A stretch of DNA of 64,000 nucleotides from contig JBKPQB010000028.1 in NCBI GenBank assembly GCA_046733875.1, forward strand, positions 42,870 to 106,869, written 5' to 3'. This document shows positions 20,942 to 28,148 of this stretch, in pieces. The stretch's first letter is position 1. Each line of letters opens with the position of its first letter. This DNA comes from Acidobacteriota bacterium. GTDB taxonomy: Bacteria > Acidobacteriota > Vicinamibacteria > Vicinamibacterales > 2-12-FULL-66-21. The notes beneath the pieces are model-generated. The model did not search any database, had not been told where the DNA came from, and saw only the letters and a program-made list of their open reading frames with translations. The position numbers were made by a program, and so were the translations under genes.

Positions 20942-21844
20942 ATGGCGTTCGACGCGGATTCGCTCGGAATTTCCCGCGCCTCGACGCGCCTGCTGCGCGA
21001 TTTGATCCACGAGCGGCTCGGCCTGTACTTCGACGACGCCCGCTTCGACCAGCTTGCGGATCGCCTCGCGCCCGTGCTGGTGCAGCGGGGATTCGGGTCG
21101 CTGCTCGACTACTATTACCTGTTGAAGTACGACGCGGAGGCAGACGCCGAATGGCCACGCGTGATGGACGCCCTCGCCGTCAACGAGACGTACTTCTGGC
21201 GCGAGATCGATCAGATCCGCGCGGTCGCGGACGTGGTGCTGCCCCAGTGCCTGGAAGCGGCCGCAGGACAGCCACTGCAGATCTGGAGCGTTCCGTGCGC
21301 GACCGGAGAGGAGCCGCTCACGATAGCCATGGTGTTGGAGGAGGGCGGCTGGTTCGCGCGTGCGCCGATCCGGATCATCGGGAGCGACGCCAGTCCTGCA
21401 GCGATTCACAAGGCGCGTCGCGGACTCTATCGCACGCGGTCGTTCCGCAATCTGCCCGAATCGCTTCGCGAGCGCTATTTTCAGAAAGATGGCGACGAGT
21501 GGCGCATCGATGACGCGATCCACCGCCGCATCACGTGGGACCTCGTGAACCTGCAGAATCCGGCGGACGTGGCACGATGGGGCGCATCGCCGATCGTGTT
21601 CTGTCGCAACGTGTTCATTTATTTTTCCGAAACGAGCATCCGGCGGACGCTCGACCTCTTCGCCGGCTGCATGCCGCCGCGCGGGTATCTCTGCATCGGT
21701 GCGTCGGAGTCGCTGCTCCGAATCACGACCAGCTTCGAGCTGCAGGAGATTGGGGGGGCGTTCATGTACGTTCGCCGCGCCAGCAGGGACGAAACGCCCG
21801 CCACAACAGCGCCCGCGCGCGGAACCGCACGATGGAACGAGTAA
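20942..21844 (+). CDS. cheR: Chemotaxis protein methyltransferase CheR
   Basis: Matching segments are TYFWREIDQI, LQIWSVPCATGEEPLTIAMVL, IIGSDASPAAIHKARRGLY and VFCRNVFIYF. Confidence 0.9.
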   Translation: MAFDADSLGISRASTRLLRDLIHERLGLYFDDARFDQLADRLAPVLVQRGFGSLLDYYYLLKYDAEADAEWPRVMDALAVNETYFWREIDQIRAVADVVLPQCLEAAAGQPLQIWSVPCATGEEPLTIAMVLEEGGWFARAPIRIIGSDASPAAIHKARRGLYRTRSFRNLPESLRERYFQKDGDEWRIDDAIHRRITWDLVNLQNPADVARWGASPIVFCRNVFIYFSETSIRRTLDLFAGCMPPRGYLCIGASESLLRITTSFELQEIGGAFMYVRRASRDETPATTAPARGTARWNE

Positions 21845-22875
21845 CGAGAGTCCTGGTAGTCGACGACTCGGCGTACGTCCGCAAGACGATCAAGCAGATT
21901 CTCTCCCGGAGTCCGTCGCTGGAAGTGATCGCGACGGCCCGCGGTGGAGACGAGGGTCTCGAGCTCGTCCGCGAACTGCGCCCCGATGTCGTCACGGCTG
22001 ATTTGATCATGCCGGACATGGACGGGGCGGAGTTCACACGCCGCGTCATGGAAGAGCAGCCGGTACCCGTCGTCATCGTCAGCATCGCCTCGGAGTCGAG
22101 CGAGCGCGTGCTCGCGGCGCTGGATGCCGGCGCGATCGATTTCGTCCAGAAGCCGACGGCGCTTGCGACGGAGAAGGTGTTTGAGATGTCCGAGGAGCTA
22201 ATCAGCAAGGTCACGGCGGCCGCACACGCGCCGATCGGAAGAACGCGCACGGTTGCCTCCGCGCCCGCGCGTTCACGATCCTCCGCGGTCGCCGTCGCGC
22301 GCGGCCTCGTCGACATCGTGGTGATTGGCATTTCGACCGGCGGCCCGCAGGCGCTCAAGCTGCTGATTCCGCGGCTCGCTGCGGATCTGCCCGTACCGGT
22401 GGCCGTCGTGCTCCACATGCCTGTGGGCTACACGGAGCTGTTCGCGCGGCGACTGGACGAGATTTCGACCCTGTCGGTTCGCGAGGCGGCGGAAGGCGAC
22501 GAGGTTCGTCCGGGCGTCGTGCTGATTGCGCCCGCGGGACGGCACTTGACGTTCCGCAAGGCGCCTGACCGGCGCGTCCTCGCACACCTCGATCTGCGTC
22601 CGCTGGATGCGTCGCACCGGCCATCTGCCGACGTGTTGTTTCATTCGGCCTCGGAGGTATATGGTGAGCGTGTTCTTGGCATCGTGATGACAGGAATGGG
22701 CTCGGACGGCCGCGAAGGATCCGCGTGGATCAAGGCGGCCGGCGGTACCGTATTGACCGAATCGGAAGAGAGCTGCGTCGTGTACGGCATGCCGCGATCG
22801 GTCGTCGAGGCCGGATTGAGCGACGGCACTGTGCCTCTCGATGCGATGGCGGACGCGATCCAGGAGCGCCTGTGA
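21832..22875 (+). CDS. cheB: Chemotaxis response regulator protein-glutamate methylesterase CheB
   Basis: I trimmed track ORF 21535..22875 to the ATG at 21832 (MERVTRVLVVDDSAYVRKTIKQIL). The receiver domain is followed by the esterase motifs VVIGISTGGPQAL, VLHMPVGYT and VMTGMGSDG. The start overlaps the cheR end by 13 nt. Confidence 0.9.
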   Translation: MERVTRVLVVDDSAYVRKTIKQILSRSPSLEVIATARGGDEGLELVRELRPDVVTADLIMPDMDGAEFTRRVMEEQPVPVVIVSIASESSERVLAALDAGAIDFVQKPTALATEKVFEMSEELISKVTAAAHAPIGRTRTVASAPARSRSSAVAVARGLVDIVVIGISTGGPQALKLLIPRLAADLPVPVAVVLHMPVGYTELFARRLDEISTLSVREAAEGDEVRPGVVLIAPAGRHLTFRKAPDRRVLAHLDLRPLDASHRPSADVLFHSASEVYGERVLGIVMTGMGSDGREGSAWIKAAGGTVLTESEESCVVYGMPRSVVEAGLSDGTVPLDAMADAIQERL

Positions 22876-23240
22876 CGCCGAAGGTGCTGATCGTCGACGA
22901 TTCAGGGCTCGCGCGCCGCAACCTGCGGCAGATCATCGAGCCTGCCGGATATCAGATCGTCGAGGCCGAGGACGGGCTGATCGCGCTCGAGAGGTACTTC
23001 CTTGAAAAGCCGGACGTCGTGCTGCTCGATCTGGTGATGCGTGGGATGTACGGGCTGGACGTGCTGAAGAAGCTGCGTGAGCTCGACCCGGGCGCGCGGG
23101 TGCTCGTGGTGTCTGCGGACGTGCAGAGCTCGTCGCACGCGCTGGCGGAGCAAGCGGGCGCGAAAGGATTCATCAACAAGCCATTCGATCGCGATGAAAT
23201 TCTGGGCGCGCTCCAGACCGCCGTCGCCGGAGTGAAGTAA
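22872..23240 (+). CDS. Second CheY-like single-domain response regulator
   Basis: The GTG start overlaps the cheB stop (GTGA). The sequence reads VTPKVLIVDDSGLARRNLRQII...DVVLLDLVMRGMYGLDVLKKL...VLVVSADVQ...GFINKPF. Confidence 0.8.
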   Translation: MTPKVLIVDDSGLARRNLRQIIEPAGYQIVEAEDGLIALERYFLEKPDVVLLDLVMRGMYGLDVLKKLRELDPGARVLVVSADVQSSSHALAEQAGAKGFINKPFDRDEILGALQTAVAGVK

Positions 23241-23851
23241 TGGTGCTGACGGTCGAACAGCGCGACGCGCTGACGGAGCTCATCAACATTGGTTTCGGGC
23301 GCGCGGCTGCGTCGCTGTCGCGGCTCACCGGTCATCGCGTCCAGCTCGAAGTGCCGCGTGTGATGATTTGTCCCGTCGGCGAGCTGGGCGACACACTGCG
23401 TCCGTATATCGACGGCGACATCGCGAGCGTCCATCAGGTCTTCTCCGGTCCCGTCGCAGGCGATGCCTTTCTCGTGCTCGATCAACGCAGCGGGGGAATG
23501 CTGAAGGAGCTGCTCACGAACGAGCCCGCGCTGCCGCTCTCGATTGATGCGTCTGCGCGCGAGGTCATCGCGGAGGTGGGCAACATCCTCCTGAACGCGT
23601 GCCTCGGCATGTTCGGCAACCTGCTCAGGGTGCAGGTCTCCTTCGCAGTCCCCCACGTCACGCTCGAAGGGCTCGAGGCGCTGGTCGAATCGGTGATGGT
23701 CGAACGCGAGGAGCTGCGCTATGCGCTCGTCGTGCACGCGGGCTTCCGCCTCAAGAACAGCTCCGTCACGGGATACCTCATCATGGTCTTGAGCGTCGCA
23801 TCCATCGATCGGCTGATACGCGCGATCGATGCGTGGGAGCCCGGTCGGTGA
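23240..23851 (+). CDS. cheC: CheC-family CheY-P phosphatase
   Basis: Two CheC-type motifs are present: DALTELINIGFGRAAASLS and EVIAEVGNILLNACLG (D/S-x3-E-x2-N). The start overlaps the upstream stop by 1 nt (TAATG). Confidence 0.75.
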   Translation: MVLTVEQRDALTELINIGFGRAAASLSRLTGHRVQLEVPRVMICPVGELGDTLRPYIDGDIASVHQVFSGPVAGDAFLVLDQRSGGMLKELLTNEPALPLSIDASAREVIAEVGNILLNACLGMFGNLLRVQVSFAVPHVTLEGLEALVESVMVEREELRYALVVHAGFRLKNSSVTGYLIMVLSVASIDRLIRAIDAWEPGR

Positions 23852-23906
23852 CGGCGGCCGTCACGATCATGCTGCGCGGGCGCGCCGACACGCCCGGGGC
23901 GCATCG

Positions 23907-25514
23907 ATGAGCGCGCATGTCCTGGATCCGGCGATCGCTCGCTGGATTGCCGAATTCGCCGAGCAGGGCATCTTCACCACCGATCATCAACTCGTCGTCA
24001 CGAGCTGGAATTGCTGGCTCGAACAGCACGCGGGGCGCGCATCGGCCGACGTGGTTGGCCGTCCACTCTTCGACGTATTTCCGGATCTCGTCTCACGTGG
24101 CCTCGACGAGGCGTACCACGAGGCCATCGCCGGTCACGGCTACCTTCTGTCGCACCTGCTGCACCGCTACCTGCTGCCGATGCCGGGGCGCGGCGGTCAG
24201 CCGCTCTTTGCCAACATGCCGCAACGCGCGCGCATCGCGCCCCTGGTGTTGGAGGATCGCATCGTCGGCACGATCACCGTCATCGACGACGTCAGCGAGC
24301 GCGTGGCATCCGAGCACGAACTGCGCAAGCAGATCGACGCGCAGCTCGCCGCCAGAACCGCGGCAGAGAAGGCGCTGCGCGTCAAGGATGACTTCCTCGC
24401 GACGCTTTCGCATGAAATCAGGACTCCTCTGAATGCCGTGCTCGGCTGGGCGCGCATCCTGATCGAGCGCGAGCTCGAGCCGCAGCTCCTCGCGCGCGCC
24501 GTGGAATCGATCTTCCGCAACGCGACCGTGCAGGCACGAATGATCGATGATCTGCTCGATACCGCGCGGATCATGGCAGGCAAGCTGCGCCTGCAGATGC
24601 AGCCGGTCGATCTCGTGGCCGTGTCGATCGCGGCGCTCGACGTGATGGGGCCGTCGATCGAGGCGAAGAAGATTCAGCTCAGACGATACCTCGACCCGGC
24701 GCTTCAAAGCGTAGCGGGCGATCCCGATCGGCTTCAGCAGATCGTCTGGAATCTGCTGTCGAACGCGGCCAAGTTCACGGAGGCGGGCGGCACGATCGAG
24801 CTGCGGCTCGAGCAGCTCGCCGGCCGCGTGCGGATCGTGGTCAGCGACACGGGAAAGGGGATCGACGCCGAGTTCCTTCCGTTGATCTTCGACCGCTTCC
24901 GCCAGGCCGACACGTCCAGCAGCCGGCGCGAAGGGGGCCTTGGCCTCGGGCTCGCGCTCGTCAGGGAGCTCGTGGAGCTGCACGGAGGGGTCGTCCGCGC
25001 CGACAGCGCCGGTACCGGGCAAGGCTCGACGTTTGTCGTCGAAATCCCGACGAGCCCCTCTCACCAACTTCAGGGGCAGACGGGCGATGCCTCGTCAGCG
25101 ACGCCGCACGACGCGCTCGCGGGGATGCACGTGCTCCTCGTCGAGGACGAAGACGATGCGATGGCGCTGCTCTCCGCCACGCTTCACGACACGCGCGCAC
25201 GCGTGACGACGCTGACATCCTGCGCCGCCGCACTGGATTACATACGCAGTGCGGCAGACGATGAGCGTCCCCACGCGCTCGTGTCGGATATCGGAATGGC
25301 GCCCCAGGACGGCTACCATCTGATCGCGGAGGTCCGGAAGCTGCCAGCCGACCGGGGCGGGAGCATTCCGGCCGTCGCCGTCACGGCCTACGCGTCGGCA
25401 ACGGATCGGCAGCGAGCGCTGGACGCGGGGTACCACGAACACGTTCCGAAACCCGTGGACCCCGCCGCCCTCGTCGCGGCGATCGCCCGAGCGATACGCG
25501 GTTCGGGCGTCTGA
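23907..25514 (+). CDS. Hybrid sensor histidine kinase / response regulator with N-terminal PAS domain
   Basis: I trimmed the ORF to the ATG at 23907. The PAS region is GIFTTDHQLVVTSWNCWLEQHAG. The H-box is FLATLSHEIRTPLNAVLGW. The HATPase region contains NLLSNAAKFT, DTGKGID and GGLGLGLALV. The C-terminal receiver contains VLLVEDEDD, LVSDIGMAPQDG and HVPKPV. Confidence 0.9.
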   Translation: MSAHVLDPAIARWIAEFAEQGIFTTDHQLVVTSWNCWLEQHAGRASADVVGRPLFDVFPDLVSRGLDEAYHEAIAGHGYLLSHLLHRYLLPMPGRGGQPLFANMPQRARIAPLVLEDRIVGTITVIDDVSERVASEHELRKQIDAQLAARTAAEKALRVKDDFLATLSHEIRTPLNAVLGWARILIERELEPQLLARAVESIFRNATVQARMIDDLLDTARIMAGKLRLQMQPVDLVAVSIAALDVMGPSIEAKKIQLRRYLDPALQSVAGDPDRLQQIVWNLLSNAAKFTEAGGTIELRLEQLAGRVRIVVSDTGKGIDAEFLPLIFDRFRQADTSSSRREGGLGLGLALVRELVELHGGVVRADSAGTGQGSTFVVEIPTSPSHQLQGQTGDASSATPHDALAGMHVLLVEDEDDAMALLSATLHDTRARVTTLTSCAAALDYIRSAADDERPHALVSDIGMAPQDGYHLIAEVRKLPADRGGSIPAVAVTAYASATDRQRALDAGYHEHVPKPVDPAALVAAIARAIRGSGV

Positions 25515-25535
25515 CGCGCCCCACGCCCGCCCTCC

Positions 25536-26129
25536 CTATTCGGCGATCACGACGGGCGTATCCACAACGTGTTCGGCGACGAACCACGCCTGGAGCTCGT
25601 TCGTACGGATCACGTCGCTGACGATCAGATCGTTCGTGCCCTGATCGTCCTGTTCGGCGGCCCGGCGCGCCATCGTGCGCGCTTCCTTCAGCACGATCTC
25701 GTGCGCGTGGAGCAGCCGCGAGATCTGGACCGGCACCTCTTCGCGCCCCTTCGGTGGCCGCGGAACGATCGTCGTTTCCGCCACGTCGTGCGACATGGCG
25801 ACGCTGATCCCGCCCAGGAGCTGGATGCGCTCGGCGAGCTCGTCCACGAGCTTGTTCTGCTCTTCGTAATGCTTGTCGAACAGCAGGTGCAGTTGATAGA
25901 ACGTCGGCCCCGAGACCTGCCAATGGTGCTTCTTGTACAGATCTCGCAGGGTCATGGTGTCCGCAAGCAGTTGATTCAGGTTCGCGACACTCTCGCGGCA
26001 GATGTTCTCCGAGAGCGCAATCGGCATTCTCACGAGGTGTCCGAACGGCTGAATCTCGTGCGCCTTTTGATGCACGACCGGGCTGGCGTGCTGGAGGATC
26101 TCATCGGCGTCCAGGATGGCTTTGCTCAT
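25536..26129 (-). CDS. dps: Dps-family DNA-binding ferritin-like protein
   Basis: Matching segments are VANLNQLLADTMTLRDLYKKHHWQVSGPTFYQLHLLFDKHYEEQNKLVDELAERIQLLGG and DLIVSDVIRTNELQAWF. Confidence 0.85.
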   Translation of the reverse strand: MSKAILDADEILQHASPVVHQKAHEIQPFGHLVRMPIALSENICRESVANLNQLLADTMTLRDLYKKHHWQVSGPTFYQLHLLFDKHYEEQNKLVDELAERIQLLGGISVAMSHDVAETTIVPRPPKGREEVPVQISRLLHAHEIVLKEARTMARRAAEQDDQGTNDLIVSDVIRTNELQAWFVAEHVVDTPVVIAE

Positions 26130-26162
26130 GACGCTTCCTTTCGCAAGAAAAGTTCCACGTGT

Positions 26163-27683
26163 TCAACGGCTCGCGCGCAAGTCTGCGTCCACCCTCCGCC
26201 CAATCCGGGCGACGATCTCGGGCACGGCCTCCACATCAGCCAGCGTCGTGTGGAAGTTCACGATGCAGGCGCGCAGCACGTAACGGCCGCCGACGACGGC
26301 GTTCGATACGAACGTTTCACCACCGCGCTGGAGGCGATCGAGCAGCTCGCGGTTCAGCGCGTCGAGATGGCGCTCCACCTCATCGTCGCCGACGCCCTTC
26401 CGCTGATCTTCCGGGACGAAACGGAAGGTCGTAATGCTGAGGGCCTGAGTGAACAACTGCAGCTCGGGATGCCGCTTCACGGCTTCAGCCATCGCACGTG
26501 AGAGGTGAATATCGTCTGCGATCATCTGCCGGTAGCCTGCGGCTCCGGCGTGCTTCATCGCAAGCCACACCTTGAGCGCTCGGAACCCGCGCGAGTTCTG
26601 GGGACCGTAGTCGACGTAGTTCGCCGCGCGCTCCTCGAAGTGATAGTAAGGCGGGTGGTACGCAAATGCGTTGCGCAGCGCGTCCGCATCCCGCACGAGC
26701 GCGCATCCCGCCTCGAGCGGGGCGTAGAGCCATTTATGCGGATCGACGGCGACGGAATCCGCCGCGCTCATTCCACGGAGGTCGTCCGGCGCGTCATGGA
26801 CTGCCGCCGCGAAGCCGCCGTACGCGCCGTCCACGTGAAACCACAATCCGTACTCACGACAGATCGCCGCGATTCCCGGCAGCGGATCGACGGCGCCCGT
26901 CCCGACCGAGCCGGCCGTGCCAATGACCATGCACGGCACGTCCCCGGATGCGGCGTCGGCCTCGATTTGCCTGCGCAGCTCGTCGACGTCCATGCGGAGA
27001 TCCATGTCGGTAGGAATCCAGCGAATGGAGGACGAGCCGAGCCCGCTCAGGTCCGCGGCCTTGTGAATCCACGTGTGCGTCTCGGCCGATCCGTACACGC
27101 GAAGCGCCCGTCCGCCCGCCACACCCTGCTCCCGGACATTCCAGCCGGCCTTCGCGGCGCGCGCCGCCATGAAGCAGACCATGTTGGCCATGTTGCCGCC
27201 GCTTACGAGCAGCCCCCCACACGTCTCGGGATATCCGATGAACGAGGCAATCCAGCGGACGGTCTGCCCCTCGATCTCCGTCGCCGCTGGCGAGAGCATC
27301 CAGGCGCCCACGTTCGGATTCACAGCGGACGCGAGAAAATCCCCGAGAATGCCGATGGGTGCCGGCGCCGATGTGATGTATCCGAAAAATCGCGGGTGGC
27401 CGTTGAAGAGCGAATGCTCGAAGAGCAGGGACGCGGCCTGCTCGAGCAGGACGCCGGGTTCGGTCCCCGCTTCAGGCATCGGCCCGTTGAGGTCGAGCGC
27501 GGCGCGCACTTCGGAAGGAGATTCGTTTCGTGTGACGGGCCGTCCCGGAAGCGATTCCAGGAAATCAGCCAGCGTATCGACGAGGCGATGGCCGATCGCG
27601 CGAAAGGCGGCGGTATCCATCGCAAGCGGCGTGTTGCGTCTCGATTCCAGAGCGATCCCGGAGTCCTCTGCTCGCGCGTCCAT
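26163..27683 (-). CDS. PLP-dependent group II decarboxylase (aromatic-L-amino-acid / tyrosine decarboxylase-like)
   Basis: Matching segments are HPRFFGYITSAPAPIGILGDFLASAVN, GGNMANMV, HVDGAYGG, and SVAVDPHKWLYAPLEAGCALV (the PLP-lysine region). Confidence 0.85.
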   Translation of the reverse strand: MDARAEDSGIALESRRNTPLAMDTAAFRAIGHRLVDTLADFLESLPGRPVTRNESPSEVRAALDLNGPMPEAGTEPGVLLEQAASLLFEHSLFNGHPRFFGYITSAPAPIGILGDFLASAVNPNVGAWMLSPAATEIEGQTVRWIASFIGYPETCGGLLVSGGNMANMVCFMAARAAKAGWNVREQGVAGGRALRVYGSAETHTWIHKAADLSGLGSSSIRWIPTDMDLRMDVDELRRQIEADAASGDVPCMVIGTAGSVGTGAVDPLPGIAAICREYGLWFHVDGAYGGFAAAVHDAPDDLRGMSAADSVAVDPHKWLYAPLEAGCALVRDADALRNAFAYHPPYYHFEERAANYVDYGPQNSRGFRALKVWLAMKHAGAAGYRQMIADDIHLSRAMAEAVKRHPELQLFTQALSITTFRFVPEDQRKGVGDDEVERHLDALNRELLDRLQRGGETFVSNAVVGGRYVLRACIVNFHTTLADVEAVPEIVARIGRRVDADLRASR

Positions 27684-27744
27684 GGATCGTCCATTCTATG
27701 CGCGTCTGCCGATGGGCTCGCGCGGAAATCTTCGCGCGGAACAA

Positions 27745-27785
27745 AGACGTAGACATCCTACGTCTAAAGTCCTAGAGTGTCTACG
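27745..27785 (+). promoter_or_regulatory. Candidate PadR operator: perfect 8-bp inverted repeat plus a third half-site just upstream of padR
   Basis: AGACGTAG-ACATC-CTACGTCT lies at 27745..27765. A further GTCTACG lies at 27779..27785, 3 nt before the padR ATG at 27788. Both were read directly from the sequence. Confidence 0.4.
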
Positions 27786-27787
27786 AC

Positions 27788-28144
27788 ATGCCCAAACACT
27801 CCGACGATCGTCCCCTGGAGCTTCTCCAGGGCACCCTCGACATGTTGATCCTTCGCACGCTGCAGTGGGGGCCTCGCCACGGGCACGGCATCGGACAGGC
27901 GATCCGCGCCCAGTCCGACGATCTGCTCAAAGTGGAAACCGGCTCCCTCTACCCTGCGCTCCATCGCCTCGTGAAGCGGGGCTGGCTGAAGGCGGAATGG
28001 GGCATCAGCGAAGCGAACCAGCGCGCGAAGTACTACCAGTTGACCGCCGCGGGCAAAGCTCAATTGGTGCGCGAGCAGGATCGATGGTCGCGGCTCGTCC
28101 ACGCGATCGGCCGAATCATGAATCCGGTGCCGACCAAGGAGTAG
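27788..28144 (+). CDS. PadR-family transcriptional regulator
   Basis: The sequence LQGTLDMLILRTLQWGPRHGHGIGQAIRAQSDDLLKVETGSLYPALHRLVKRGWLKAEWGISEANQRAKYYQLT is a PadR winged helix. Confidence 0.9.
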   Translation: MPKHSDDRPLELLQGTLDMLILRTLQWGPRHGHGIGQAIRAQSDDLLKVETGSLYPALHRLVKRGWLKAEWGISEANQRAKYYQLTAAGKAQLVREQDRWSRLVHAIGRIMNPVPTKE

Positions 28145-28148
28145 GACC

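Noticed and set aside
21535-21831. A 99-codon extension on the cheB ORF lies inside cheR.
   Set aside because: It is out of frame with the well-supported cheR coding sequence. The receiver domain begins at the ATG at 21832 (MERVTRVLVVDD).
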